64,000 nucleotides of DNA from TPA_inf: Saccharomyces (taxonomy: Eukaryota): NCBI GenBank assembly GCA_000146045.2, contig BK006940.2, forward strand, positions 96,001 to 160,000. Reading direction: 5' to 3'. The notes beneath the pieces are model-generated. The model saw only the letters and a program-made list of their open reading frames with translations. It made no database searches and was not told the DNA's origin. This document shows, in pieces, positions 23,313-34,981 of this stretch; within the stretch, counting starts at the first letter, position 1; each line of letters opens with the position of its first letter. The translations under genes were made by a program, and so were the position numbers.

Positions 23313-23428
23313 AAAGTGAATAGAGTATTGGATTCTATAAGACCGAAGACGCTCATATCACATCTCATAAAATCACTTAAAGCAAGCATCCAGAGGCTAT
23401 TGATAAAAAGCAGGCACAAGGAGACGCA

Positions 23429-26400
23429 ATGGGACGTTTAGTTGGCTTAGAACTAAGTAATTTCAAGTCCTATAGAGGCGTTACCAAGGTAGGATTCGGC
23501 GAGTCGAATTTCACAAGTATTATCGGTCCTAACGGATCTGGTAAATCGAATATGATGGATGCTATCTCATTCGTACTCGGTGTGCGGAGTAATCATTTGA
23601 GGTCAAACATCTTGAAAGATTTAATCTATAGAGGTGTTCTAAACGATGAGAATAGTGACGATTATGATAACGAGGGCGCTGCCTCTTCGAACCCACAATC
23701 CGCATACGTGAAGGCATTTTATCAAAAAGGTAACAAACTGGTGGAGCTGATGAGGATAATTTCCAGAAACGGTGACACTAGTTATAAAATTGATGGAAAA
23801 ACTGTCTCCTATAAGGACTATTCTATATTTCTTGAGAACGAAAATATTCTTATCAAAGCCAAAAATTTTCTAGTGTTCCAGGGTGATGTTGAGCAAATTG
23901 CAGCACAATCTCCCGTAGAATTATCAAGAATGTTTGAAGAAGTATCAGGTTCTATCCAATACAAAAAGGAGTATGAAGAGTTGAAGGAAAAGATTGAGAA
24001 ATTAAGCAAATCTGCAACCGAATCTATAAAAAATAGGAGAAGGATCCATGGAGAATTGAAGACATATAAAGAAGGTATCAATAAGAACGAGGAGTATAGG
24101 AAACAATTGGACAAAAAAAATGAATTACAGAAGTTCCAGGCTCTATGGCAGTTATATCATTTAGAGCAACAAAAAGAGGAGCTAACGGACAAGCTGTCCG
24201 CATTAAACTCTGAAATATCGTCTTTAAAGGGAAAAATAAATAACGAGATGAAATCATTACAACGCTCAAAATCTTCCTTTGTTAAAGAAAGCGCAGTAAT
24301 TTCTAAGCAAAAAAGTAAATTAGATTATATCTTCAAGGATAAGGAAAAATTAGTCTCGGATTTACGGCTCATAAAGGTTCCTCAACAGGCAGCAGGGAAG
24401 CGAATTTCCCATATAGAAAAAAGAATCGAAAGTTTACAGAAAGATCTTCAAAGACAGAAGACTTATGTGGAGAGATTTGAAACACAACTAAAAGTGGTGA
24501 CCAGATCAAAGGAAGCTTTTGAAGAGGAAATCAAACAATCTGCTAGAAACTATGACAAATTCAAGCTAAATGAAAATGATTTAAAGACATATAATTGCTT
24601 ACATGAAAAATATCTGACTGAAGGTGGGTCAATCCTAGAAGAAAAAATTGCCGTTTTGAACAACGATAAGCGAGAAATCCAAGAGGAATTGGAGAGATTC
24701 AACAAAAGGGCAGATATTTCTAAAAGAAGGATAACGGAGGAGCTTTCTATAACAGGAGAAAAATTGGACACGCAATTAAACGATTTAAGAGTTTCTTTGA
24801 ATGAGAAAAACGCCCTTCATACTGAACGTTTGCACGAGCTGAAAAAATTACAATCTGATATTGAATCTGCTAATAATCAAGAATACGACTTAAATTTCAA
24901 GTTGAGGGAAACGTTGGTTAAGATCGATGACTTGAGTGCTAATCAAAGAGAAACAATGAAAGAAAGAAAACTAAGAGAAAATATAGCAATGTTGAAAAGA
25001 TTCTTCCCCGGAGTAAAAGGTCTTGTTCATGATCTTTGTCACCCAAAAAAGGAGAAATATGGCTTGGCAGTGTCTACCATCTTAGGTAAGAACTTTGATT
25101 CCGTCATTGTAGAAAATTTAACCGTAGCTCAAGAATGCATTGCATTTTTGAAGAAGCAACGTGCGGGCACTGCATCTTTCATACCACTAGACACAATTGA
25201 GACAGAGTTACCTACATTATCATTGCCTGACTCACAAGACTATATTTTATCAATTAATGCTATTGACTACGAGCCGGAATATGAAAAAGCGATGCAATAT
25301 GTGTGTGGCGATTCCATCATATGTAATACGTTGAATATTGCTAAAGATCTGAAATGGAAAAAGGGCATAAGAGGCAAATTGGTTACAATTGAAGGTGCTT
25401 TGATCCACAAGGCCGGTTTGATGACAGGTGGTATATCAGGAGATGCCAATAATAGGTGGGATAAAGAAGAATATCAAAGCTTAATGTCTTTAAAAGACAA
25501 ATTACTAATCCAAATCGATGAACTTTCCAACGGTCAACGCTCTAATTCAATCAGAGCAAGAGAAGTTGAAAATAGTGTTTCACTATTGAACTCGGACATA
25601 GCAAATTTGAGAACTCAAGTAACACAACAAAAACGCTCCTTGGATGAAAATCGTTTAGAGATTAAGTACCATAATGACTTGATAGAGAAAGAAATTCAAC
25701 CGAAGATAACTGAACTAAAGAAGAAGCTAGATGATTTAGAAAATACTAAAGATAATTTAGTGAAAGAGAAGGAGGCTTTACAAAATAATATTTTCAAAGA
25801 ATTCACTAGTAAAATTGGCTTTACAATCAAAGAATATGAAAATCATTCCGGTGAATTGATGAGACAACAATCTAAAGAATTACAGCAGTTACAAAAACAA
25901 ATTTTGACCGTTGAAAATAAGTTGCAGTTTGAGACAGACAGACTAAGTACTACTCAAAGAAGATATGAAAAGGCGCAAAAGGATTTAGAGAATGCTCAAG
26001 TTGAAATGAAGTCTTTGGAAGAACAGGAATATGCAATAGAAATGAAAATCGGATCAATAGAGTCTAAATTGGAAGAACACAAAAATCACTTAGATGAGTT
26101 ACAGAAGAAATTTGTAACGAAGCAAAGTGAATTAAATTCCAGCGAAGATATTCTAGAGGACATGAACAGCAACTTACAAGTCTTAAAAAGGGAAAGAGAC
26201 GGTATAAAGGAAGATATTGAAAAGTTTGATTTAGAGAGAGTAACAGCGTTAAAGAATTGTAAAATTTCTAATATAAATATACCTATATCATCTGAAACAA
26301 CGATAGATGATTTACCAATATCTTCCACTGATAATGAAGCAATTACAATTTCCAACAGTATCGATATAAACTATAAAGGACTACCTAAAAAATACAAAGA

Positions 26401-27106
26401 AAACAATACCGATTCGGCAAGGAAGGAGCTGGAGCAGAAGATTCATGAAGTGGAGGAAATATTGAACGAGTTGCAGCCCAATGCAAGAGCTTTGGAGAGA
26501 TACGACGAGGCGGAAGGAAGGTTTGAAGTGATTAATAACGAAACAGAACAACTAAAGGCCGAAGAAAAGAAAATATTAAACCAGTTCCTAAAAATTAAGA
26601 AAAAAAGAAAGGAACTGTTCGAAAAGACATTTGATTATGTGAGCGACCATTTAGACGCAATCTACAGGGAACTTACTAAAAATCCCAACTCCAATGTGGA
26701 ATTGGCCGGTGGTAACGCTTCTTTAACCATAGAAGACGAAGATGAACCGTTCAATGCGGGAATCAAATATCATGCCACTCCGCCTCTTAAAAGATTCAAA
26801 GACATGGAATATCTTTCTGGTGGTGAAAAAACCGTAGCTGCATTAGCTCTATTATTTGCTATTAATTCCTACCAGCCTAGTCCCTTCTTCGTGCTGGACG
26901 AAGTGGACGCAGCCCTAGACATTACTAACGTCCAGAGAATTGCTGCCTATATAAGAAGGCACCGTAATCCAGATCTCCAATTCATTGTCATTTCATTGAA
27001 GAACACCATGTTTGAAAAATCTGACGCTCTCGTTGGGGTTTACAGACAGCAACAAGAAAACTCGTCGAAGATCATAACTTTGGACTTGAGCAATTACGCA
27101 GAATAA
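23429..27106 (+). CDS. SMC1: Cohesin SMC ATPase subunit, 1225 aa.
   Basis: Walker A GPNGSGKSN, long coiled coils, a central hinge, ABC signature LSGGEKT, and Walker B/D-loop FFVLDEVDAALD. Confidence 0.97.
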   Translation: MGRLVGLELSNFKSYRGVTKVGFGESNFTSIIGPNGSGKSNMMDAISFVLGVRSNHLRSNILKDLIYRGVLNDENSDDYDNEGAASSNPQSAYVKAFYQKGNKLVELMRIISRNGDTSYKIDGKTVSYKDYSIFLENENILIKAKNFLVFQGDVEQIAAQSPVELSRMFEEVSGSIQYKKEYEELKEKIEKLSKSATESIKNRRRIHGELKTYKEGINKNEEYRKQLDKKNELQKFQALWQLYHLEQQKEELTDKLSALNSEISSLKGKINNEMKSLQRSKSSFVKESAVISKQKSKLDYIFKDKEKLVSDLRLIKVPQQAAGKRISHIEKRIESLQKDLQRQKTYVERFETQLKVVTRSKEAFEEEIKQSARNYDKFKLNENDLKTYNCLHEKYLTEGGSILEEKIAVLNNDKREIQEELERFNKRADISKRRITEELSITGEKLDTQLNDLRVSLNEKNALHTERLHELKKLQSDIESANNQEYDLNFKLRETLVKIDDLSANQRETMKERKLRENIAMLKRFFPGVKGLVHDLCHPKKEKYGLAVSTILGKNFDSVIVENLTVAQECIAFLKKQRAGTASFIPLDTIETELPTLSLPDSQDYILSINAIDYEPEYEKAMQYVCGDSIICNTLNIAKDLKWKKGIRGKLVTIEGALIHKAGLMTGGISGDANNRWDKEEYQSLMSLKDKLLIQIDELSNGQRSNSIRAREVENSVSLLNSDIANLRTQVTQQKRSLDENRLEIKYHNDLIEKEIQPKITELKKKLDDLENTKDNLVKEKEALQNNIFKEFTSKIGFTIKEYENHSGELMRQQSKELQQLQKQILTVENKLQFETDRLSTTQRRYEKAQKDLENAQVEMKSLEEQEYAIEMKIGSIESKLEEHKNHLDELQKKFVTKQSELNSSEDILEDMNSNLQVLKRERDGIKEDIEKFDLERVTALKNCKISNINIPISSETTIDDLPISSTDNEAITISNSIDINYKGLPKKYKENNTDSARKELEQKIHEVEEILNELQPNARALERYDEAEGRFEVINNETEQLKAEEKKILNQFLKIKKKRKELFEKTFDYVSDHLDAIYRELTKNPNSNVELAGGNASLTIEDEDEPFNAGIKYHATPPLKRFKDMEYLSGGEKTVAALALLFAINSYQPSPFFVLDEVDAALDITNVQRIAAYIRRHRNPDLQFIVISLKNTMFEKSDALVGVYRQQQENSSKIITLDLSNYAE

Positions 27107-27466
27107 TCTATGAAACCAACCTCTGCTATAACCCGTCAAATAACTAATAATATCTATATAGGTCAACTAGCTAGTGCAATATCATAGTAACAATAATATT
27201 AATAACGTCACTTTTTTTCCAGGGTAACCCAATTGTGGTGGGTGGCGGCCGAGGTATCCCTTAGAAAAGAATTTTTTAAGTTCTTTCTCATCTCTTACCA
27301 GTGGAGAAGTACACGATATTTGCAAAGTCTGTCATCAGGGCTTGATAATAAAGCTGCATTAGATCTTAGCAAAAACTACGAGAAGAACATTGAATATTGT
27401 AGCTGTATTTGCATACATAAACTTTATCATTGTTCGTTAGCTAGCTTTGCACATTAATTTTTCGAT

Positions 27467-30400
27467 TTGTTACCGCCAATGACCGCTAACAATGACGATG
27501 ATATCAAATCACCCATTCCCATTACTAACAAGACCTTATCCCAATTGAAGCGCTTTGAGAGAAGTCCAGGAAGGCCCAGTTCTTCTCAGGGCGAGATAAA
27601 ACGTAAAAAGTCTAGGCTATATGCCGCAGACGGAAGACCACATTCTCCGCTAAGAGCAAGGTCTGCTACCCCAACGCTACAGGACCAAAAACTGTTCAAT
27701 GGCATGGATTCCACTTCCCTTTTGAATGAAAGGCTACAGCATTATACGCTGGATTATGTTAGTGACAGGGCCCAGCATATGAAGAATATATATGACCCAT
27801 CATCTCGCTGGTTCAGCAGATCCGTGAGGCCTGAATTTCCTATTGAAGAGTTCTTACCATATAAGACTGAAAGTCATGAAGATCAAGCGAAATACTTGTG
27901 CCATGTCTTAGTTAATCTTTATATTGCGATCAGCTCATTAGATATACAAGGTTTGATTTCTATTTCCAGTAAAGATCTGGCTGATTTAAAGAAAGAAGTG
28001 GATGATTTAGCTCTTAAAACCGATCTTTTCAGGTTATCTAACAACACAGCGGAGAATGACTTACTTGGTAACGATATTGCTGATTATGACGATGCGGAAG
28101 GCCTGGAGGACGAATTGGATGAATACTTCGACTTAGCAGGCCCCGACTTTAATGCTACCGGAAAAATCACAGCTAAATCAGCTACTATTGTGAATGTAAA
28201 CCATTGGACTAATGAGCTCAAAAATTGTCTACATTTTGATTTTCCAGTAGCTTTAAGAAAGTCGCTAGCGACAGTTTATTATTATTTGTCTCTTGTTCAG
28301 GGCCAAAAGGTGTATAGACAAATGCATGTCGATATGTTCGAAAGATTAGTAAGCCTTGACGATGATAGGACAAATTTCACTGAACTGTTGCAAAAACAAG
28401 GTCTTTTGCTAGATCATCAAATCATGCTCAATTTCCTGTGCGAATTTCTACCTTATCCAGATCCCGACTATGCTCGTTATGAATTATCATCAAAGGAAGA
28501 TTTACAGTTATTTAGATTACTTTTGAAGCATGCACATAATGCAAAACCATTTTTCGATAAGTCAAAGGAAAGTTTGTTAGTTGATACGATGAATTTTCTG
28601 TTGTCTAGTCTTGCACCATCTACTATGATGGCTGTCATGCCTATCGTTACATCCGTTGTGCCCTATCATTATCATATCCATTCTAAGATCATCGATTATT
28701 TCCCGTTTTGCTATAGCATCTGGAGCTCAGTCAGCGCAAACGTGGCCATCGACACTCACATGTATGATTTTGTTGGGTCAATTTCCAAAGACGTTCATAA
28801 TAAGATTTTGAGTAGCGAGCATGAAAAGGATGTAGTTGGAGTGGAGTTTGGAGAATTCGGGATTTTTACTGATGATCAAATGACTTTTATGTTCAATAGG
28901 TTACAAGGCCATCTTAGAACAGACGGTCAAATACATTCGTATTCCCGCACAGTGAAGCCTTTTGTTTATGCTATAAACGGATCAAAAAAAGATAGGTTTT
29001 TTGAAAAACTTGTAAGTTTAGCCAAAGCAATCGAAACATTTATCCATCCCTCTAATAATGGGTTTTGGACCAAGCCAAATGCTAAATTCGTTCATGCATT
29101 TATAAAGTCTTACCACGGAAGGGTCAAATATGAAGAAGATATTTGTGCTAGGGGCGTCACAAATGGGATATGTTTAACTTCTTTTTGTCACGAAGAGATA
29201 GTTGAAATATTCTTAAATATTATCAGTCTGGGTTCACAGAATAAAAATCCTGATATTGCGAACTATTACATCTCTTGTTTCGCATATCTGTTAGAGCTGG
29301 ATCCTTCAAATGCATATTTAATTTATGACAAAATACTGATAGATTTGTACGATACGCTGGCTGACCAATTTATCAATTCGAGACACAGAATCATTTCCTC
29401 TTTGAAACAATTTACAAGAGTAATTCGGTTTATTGTGATGGATAAGCTATATCGCGTGCACATAACAAACGTCCTTTCGATGCTGGTCTCCAAACTTGAT
29501 ATGAACGATACTAATTTGACAAGCAACCTCATCAACGGTATTGTATCTATAGCCGCTTTCATTCCTATCCAAGACCTCACTGGGGAGGACGATTATATAT
29601 CGTTTGAATCGGATACTCTTCCTTTAGTTCAACAACATTTTTATCATATTAAGTGTGGCGAAAGTTCAAAGACCTTCCGAGTTGATGATGAACTGTTAAA
29701 TAACGCTTTCAAAGCTTCCACTACAGTTTTTCAAAGTATGCTAAAAGTATACGTAGAAAAAATTTTCCAATTGGTTGATGTAGACTTAGAGGACTCTTTG
29801 GTTACTAAAATAAACCAAACAACTATGATTTTACAAGAGTCTATGGACGATAAAATATTTAATTATTTTGCTTCTTTATTACAGAGAAACTTCTGGAGTA
29901 ATGACTCCTTCAAGGAAAAGGATCCAAACTATGAATTAGTTACTATCCCACTAGCGGCTTTAGTAAGAAGGAATAATGGTTTGAGTAAAGAGTTGGTCAG
30001 AACTCTTTTATTCCATATCAAAGAACAAATCAAAAGAGGCGCCGGGTCTGTAAGAAGTACTTCAGAGATTCAACAGAGGGATGTTAAGTTAGTTTTATAC
30101 TTAACTGCACTAAATGATGTCTTAAGGCAATGTCATGAATCTCTATTGGAGTATAGCGATGAGTTGATAACATTCATGAAATATTTATACGACAACGTCA
30201 CTAACCCGCCATTGGATGTTATCACATCTATTGTTATTCACAGTGCTTTAGCAACTCTATGTACAACCGAAATAACTGATTGTCGTCTATTCCCAGAGGA
30301 CTCTAAGATTCCGGAAAAAGACAGATGGGGAGGACTACAGTTCGATCCTCGAAGATTTGATAAACAGCATTTGAGTTTTCAGTGGCACGTACCTTCTAGT

Positions 30401-33400
30401 GACGAGATAACTTTATCCATAAGCATTCTAGAAAGCCTTTCCGAATACTGTATTAACAACGTAGAAGAACTGATGAAAGCTCCAAGACATGATTCCGAAT
30501 ATGGCGATATGATACAAAAATATGTTTTAGTTATGACACATACGCTTTCCGGGTCAAGTTTACTTTTTGATCCAGATTTTAACAAATATAGGACGCAATC
30601 AAACTTATCATACAGAGAGAAACTGATTTTATTAAAGAATATACGCGAAAATAATTGTGACCCTCAAGAACTGGATATTGATATTGAACAAATTCGTTCT
30701 GGCAAGGATGATGAAGACTATATTGAGAGTAAGGACATTGAAGCAGGGCTGAATGCAGGAGTTTCCGATGTTGTGCAGTTAAGAGATGAGTTTCCGGATG
30801 AATTAATTGTTGATGAAGAAGTAGTGTCTGAGATGCCATCTGGTGTAAATACCCCTATCGCGGGGACGCATGGCACGGACAATTCAGCTATGAGTTCGGA
30901 TCTAGCTTTCAGGGATTTAGATATTTACACCTGTAATTATTACTTCGGAAATACCACTGAGGAGAAGTTACAAAACCCACAATATTTACAAGTCCACAGA
31001 GTTAGAGCGCGCATTGGACATTTCTTTCACAAACTCTATGTTTTTTTATCTACAAACTTCGAAAACAACACCAACATGTTCCAAATTCTATTGCACGGAT
31101 TGAAAGTTTGGTTCACAGATCTGGGACAAGAAACGGTCTTCAATGAAGACCCAAATGCCTTCATTGACGTTGATTTCCTAGAAAACGTTCAATCTCTCTC
31201 ACACGTAAATGAGCCCTTCACGAGAACCAATTTTGCAATCAGAGCAAACAGTTTGCACCAGAGTAGAGTTCTATTACATTCAACAAATAGAAAAGCTTCC
31301 AAGCTGGAAAACCTATTGTTAGTTGACATCATACAGTTAGCGACATCCCTTTATCCTGATATTTATAAACCAGCACAGGGAACTTTGGTACACTGTATGA
31401 AACAATTAGTTGGGTCATATGGCGTAGTCATCAATAAAATTATTCCATCATTAGAGAAAGCGATTAAGGATCATGATTATATGAAAATCCAAGTTATTTT
31501 AAATGTTTTGTTAATTAAGAAAATCCATAGGAAGCTTATGACGGATTATAAAGACATCGGCAGATTGATATTTCTGCTTATTGAATGTTGTCGTGTGAAT
31601 GAATTAGAGATTGGTATGTATGCAGATAAAATCTTAACTGACATAGTGATTGGGATCAAGATTCCTTCTAGTGTATGTGTCATTTCCGATCAAGCTTTCT
31701 TACCTTTAGCACCTCCTGATGGTACTATTAATTTGCAAGTTGAAGCGGTAAAGCTTGCCAAAAAGAAAAAGCGTGAGTACTACCTCTCTCTGTTAGTGGA
31801 TTTGCAGGACAAACTTTTAGACAAATTAGATAATGAAAAAGATATGGGGTGGAAGATAAGAATGTTCATTTTACGTTTTGTTACACAAATCCAATCGAAC
31901 CTCGAAAGCAAACCCGATAAAAGAGCAGTATTTTCAATAATCTCCCAAATCTCCACAAAACATCCCGAAATCATACATTTGGTTGTAAAGTCATTGTTGT
32001 CGACGTGCAACAAGATAATATCTCTCTCTGACTATGAATATGACATCACCAGGGCCTATAAGAATGAATTCAATCCATCATTTGTGGAAATACTGGACAC
32101 TTCGACCACAAGCTTCCCTAAAACGTTTACTGAAGAAATGAATAACTTTGATAACCCCAAGTATTTTATCGATTTGAGGGCGTATGTAGGGTGGCTATGT
32201 TGGGGAAGGCTTATGTACGTCATGTCGCCGAAAGCTTTAAAGCTCAATTTACGTGAGAATGAACTGGAAGTCCTCAAGACAGCTGGTCATCTATTGACAA
32301 GAGAATTCCTGAGAGATGTTACAATGAATTTAGTCCAAGATAATGAAACTAGGGGTGTTTTTAGTAGTGGTAACGTGTCATTTTTCTCTTTAGTAATCCT
32401 TTTGATATCATCTGGTTTCTGCGAACTGAATATGTCGGATCTCTTTGAGCTATGTGAATCCTACTATAACAAAGACGATAAGGCTTCGATGATCATGTCT
32501 GTCGAGATAGTGGCTGGCTTAGTTTGCGGGAGTAAGTTTATGTCAGTCTCTGACTTGGACAAACGTGACACTTTTATCGAAAACTTCCTAGCCAAATGTT
32601 TAGATTATGAGTTGAACCATGACGCATTTGAAATTTGGAGCACCTTGGCATGGTGGTTGCCTGCAGTCGTTGATTTAAGAAGGTCTAAAACTTTTTTTTG
32701 CCATTTTATCAACGCCGATGGCATGTTTGACCGTGAATCTGATGCAGCCACACATCAAACCTCCAAAATTTACATGCTAAGAAGTATCTTGATGAGCATG
32801 GAATTTAGAGCCCCAGATGTTGGTAAGCTATTTGATGAGTTGGTATTTGATCACCCATACGATCAGGTTCGCCAGGCTGTCGCTAAACTATTGACGACCT
32901 TAGTTCAAAATCAAAGTAATCCGTCAATTTCAGATCCAACCACATTATTAGAAGCAGAACGGAATGATCCAGATGGATTAGGGTTACCATTAAAAAGCGT
33001 CCCAGAAAAGGTGGATGCCTATATTAAGAAGCAGTTTGAGATCATTAAAAATCTGGAAGATTCCGTTGTCGGCCTGAATCCTCAACAATTTATTAAGACA
33101 GACTATTTTTACAGGACATCCACAATATTTTATTGGATCAAAGAAATGGCGAGAGGGCCTAATAAAGTTTTGTTAGTTCCATATTTAGTCGATTATGTTT
33201 TACCATTTCTGATCGGATTAGTGAAACATAAAGATGTTTGTGCTCTTGCCAGTTTAGATCCTGTTCGATTGTATGCCGGCTTGGGCTATATGCCGATCAG
33301 AAAGAACCATGTTGCCGCCATTGTTGACTATGTTTGTTCGTCAAATGTAGCACTATCTTCAAACCAAACGAAACTACAGCTAGCTTTCATCCAACACTTT

Positions 33401-33910
33401 TTATCAGCGGAACTGCTTCAACTTACTGAGGAAGAAAAGAACAAAATTTTGGAATTTGTTGTCAGCAATTTGTATAACGAACAGTTTGTAGAGGTGAGAG
33501 TTCGTGCGGCATCCATTTTGTCTGATATCGTCCATAACTGGAAAGAGGAACAGCCGTTGTTGAGTTTAATCGAGAGATTTGCAAAGGGTCTCGACGTCAA
33601 CAAATACACGTCGAAAGAAAGACAAAAGTTATCCAAAACGGATATCAAGATTCATGGTAACGTTTTGGGTTTGGGAGCTATTATATCAGCGTTCCCCTAT
33701 GTTTTTCCCCTACCGCCATGGATACCCAAGCAACTAAGCAACTTATCCTCGTGGGCCAGGACTAGTGGTATGACTGGACAAGCTGCCAAAAATACTATTA
33801 GTGAGTTCAAGAAGGTGAGGGCCGACACTTGGAAGTTCGATAGAGCATCTTTCAATACGGAGGAACTGGAAGACCTGGAGGGTGTCCTATGGAGAAGTTA
33901 CTATGCCTGA
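27467..33910 (+). CDS. BLM10: Proteasome activator Blm10 (PA200 homologue), a giant HEAT-repeat protein of 2147 aa.
   Basis: Size, alpha-solenoid composition and the C-terminal HbYX-type tail ...SYYA. This single ORF spans the former YFL006W and YFL007W. Confidence 0.9.
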   Translation: MLPPMTANNDDDIKSPIPITNKTLSQLKRFERSPGRPSSSQGEIKRKKSRLYAADGRPHSPLRARSATPTLQDQKLFNGMDSTSLLNERLQHYTLDYVSDRAQHMKNIYDPSSRWFSRSVRPEFPIEEFLPYKTESHEDQAKYLCHVLVNLYIAISSLDIQGLISISSKDLADLKKEVDDLALKTDLFRLSNNTAENDLLGNDIADYDDAEGLEDELDEYFDLAGPDFNATGKITAKSATIVNVNHWTNELKNCLHFDFPVALRKSLATVYYYLSLVQGQKVYRQMHVDMFERLVSLDDDRTNFTELLQKQGLLLDHQIMLNFLCEFLPYPDPDYARYELSSKEDLQLFRLLLKHAHNAKPFFDKSKESLLVDTMNFLLSSLAPSTMMAVMPIVTSVVPYHYHIHSKIIDYFPFCYSIWSSVSANVAIDTHMYDFVGSISKDVHNKILSSEHEKDVVGVEFGEFGIFTDDQMTFMFNRLQGHLRTDGQIHSYSRTVKPFVYAINGSKKDRFFEKLVSLAKAIETFIHPSNNGFWTKPNAKFVHAFIKSYHGRVKYEEDICARGVTNGICLTSFCHEEIVEIFLNIISLGSQNKNPDIANYYISCFAYLLELDPSNAYLIYDKILIDLYDTLADQFINSRHRIISSLKQFTRVIRFIVMDKLYRVHITNVLSMLVSKLDMNDTNLTSNLINGIVSIAAFIPIQDLTGEDDYISFESDTLPLVQQHFYHIKCGESSKTFRVDDELLNNAFKASTTVFQSMLKVYVEKIFQLVDVDLEDSLVTKINQTTMILQESMDDKIFNYFASLLQRNFWSNDSFKEKDPNYELVTIPLAALVRRNNGLSKELVRTLLFHIKEQIKRGAGSVRSTSEIQQRDVKLVLYLTALNDVLRQCHESLLEYSDELITFMKYLYDNVTNPPLDVITSIVIHSALATLCTTEITDCRLFPEDSKIPEKDRWGGLQFDPRRFDKQHLSFQWHVPSSDEITLSISILESLSEYCINNVEELMKAPRHDSEYGDMIQKYVLVMTHTLSGSSLLFDPDFNKYRTQSNLSYREKLILLKNIRENNCDPQELDIDIEQIRSGKDDEDYIESKDIEAGLNAGVSDVVQLRDEFPDELIVDEEVVSEMPSGVNTPIAGTHGTDNSAMSSDLAFRDLDIYTCNYYFGNTTEEKLQNPQYLQVHRVRARIGHFFHKLYVFLSTNFENNTNMFQILLHGLKVWFTDLGQETVFNEDPNAFIDVDFLENVQSLSHVNEPFTRTNFAIRANSLHQSRVLLHSTNRKASKLENLLLVDIIQLATSLYPDIYKPAQGTLVHCMKQLVGSYGVVINKIIPSLEKAIKDHDYMKIQVILNVLLIKKIHRKLMTDYKDIGRLIFLLIECCRVNELEIGMYADKILTDIVIGIKIPSSVCVISDQAFLPLAPPDGTINLQVEAVKLAKKKKREYYLSLLVDLQDKLLDKLDNEKDMGWKIRMFILRFVTQIQSNLESKPDKRAVFSIISQISTKHPEIIHLVVKSLLSTCNKIISLSDYEYDITRAYKNEFNPSFVEILDTSTTSFPKTFTEEMNNFDNPKYFIDLRAYVGWLCWGRLMYVMSPKALKLNLRENELEVLKTAGHLLTREFLRDVTMNLVQDNETRGVFSSGNVSFFSLVILLISSGFCELNMSDLFELCESYYNKDDKASMIMSVEIVAGLVCGSKFMSVSDLDKRDTFIENFLAKCLDYELNHDAFEIWSTLAWWLPAVVDLRRSKTFFCHFINADGMFDRESDAATHQTSKIYMLRSILMSMEFRAPDVGKLFDELVFDHPYDQVRQAVAKLLTTLVQNQSNPSISDPTTLLEAERNDPDGLGLPLKSVPEKVDAYIKKQFEIIKNLEDSVVGLNPQQFIKTDYFYRTSTIFYWIKEMARGPNKVLLVPYLVDYVLPFLIGLVKHKDVCALASLDPVRLYAGLGYMPIRKNHVAAIVDYVCSSNVALSSNQTKLQLAFIQHFLSAELLQLTEEEKNKILEFVVSNLYNEQFVEVRVRAASILSDIVHNWKEEQPLLSLIERFAKGLDVNKYTSKERQKLSKTDIKIHGNVLGLGAIISAFPYVFPLPPWIPKQLSNLSSWARTSGMTGQAAKNTISEFKKVRADTWKFDRASFNTEELEDLEGVLWRSYYA

Positions 33911-34333
33911 TTCATATTAGTATAGGATATTAAGCACATATCTAGACATATATGTACATCTAAACAAATAGCTGGAGCTATCTGCTGATTAGTTTTACTC
34001 TAAAAGTAAGTTGTTAGTGTAACTATGATCACGGCTGCGTGCCGGGTAATAAATCAATTTTGAGGAAAACTGGAAGTTCACCACTGAGAATGATCAACGG
34101 CAGGGAAACGTTATACCAAACAAAGCATTCTACCTCTAGGGAAGCTGGAAACTTGAATTACCCACTATAGCTTGTCTTTTAGTGATCCATTATTCCAACC
34201 TATTGCAATTCCAAGAAAATAAACTAGGAACTTTTTTTTTTGGAAGAATAAGAAAAGGAGAAAAAGTAGACATACTGTATATACACGAGGGCGTATCGTT
34301 CACCAGAAAGAATATAAACATAACAAGATAAAC

Positions 34334-34981
34334 ATGTCAGGCTTGAGAACTGTTTCTGCTTCATCCGGTAATGGAAAGAGCTATGACTCTATTATGAAAA
34401 TTTTATTGATTGGTGATTCTGGTGTTGGGAAATCATGTTTATTGGTTCGTTTTGTTGAAGACAAATTTAACCCGTCATTTATCACCACCATTGGTATTGA
34501 TTTCAAAATAAAGACTGTCGATATCAACGGTAAGAAGGTAAAGCTGCAACTTTGGGATACCGCTGGTCAAGAACGTTTCCGGACAATCACCACAGCGTAT
34601 TATCGTGGTGCTATGGGTATCATTCTTGTATATGATGTGACAGACGAGAGAACATTTACTAATATCAAGCAATGGTTTAAAACCGTTAATGAGCATGCGA
34701 ACGATGAAGCACAGCTACTGTTGGTTGGTAACAAGAGCGATATGGAGACGAGAGTGGTAACAGCTGATCAAGGTGAAGCCTTGGCTAAGGAGCTGGGTAT
34801 ACCATTCATCGAGTCCAGTGCTAAGAACGATGACAATGTCAACGAGATTTTTTTCACCTTGGCGAAGTTAATCCAAGAAAAAATCGACAGTAACAAGCTT
34901 GTTGGCGTCGGTAACGGTAAAGAGGGCAATATTAGCATCAATAGTGGGAGCGGAAACAGTTCTAAATCAAATTGCTGTTGA
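34334..34981 (+). CDS. SEC4: Rab-family GTPase for post-Golgi secretion, 215 aa.
   Basis: P-loop GDSGVGKS, effector region FITTIGIDF, switch [16 protein letters not shown], and the C-terminal CC geranylgeranylation site. Confidence 0.97.
   Translation: MSGLRTVSASSGNGKSYDSIMKILLIGDSGVGKSCLLVRFVEDKFNPSFITTIGIDFKIKTVDINGKKVKLQLWDTAGQERFRTITTAYYRGAMGIILVYDVTDERTFTNIKQWFKTVNEHANDEAQLLLVGNKSDMETRVVTADQGEALAKELGIPFIESSAKNDDNVNEIFFTLAKLIQEKIDSNKLVGVGNGKEGNISINSGSGNSSKSNCC

Noticed and set aside
27467-33910. A possible ARS (ARS604) inside BLM10.
   Set aside because: I only vaguely recall an origin near chrVI:127 kb. I found no convincing ACS cluster in a nucleosome-free context and cannot place it, so I do not report it.
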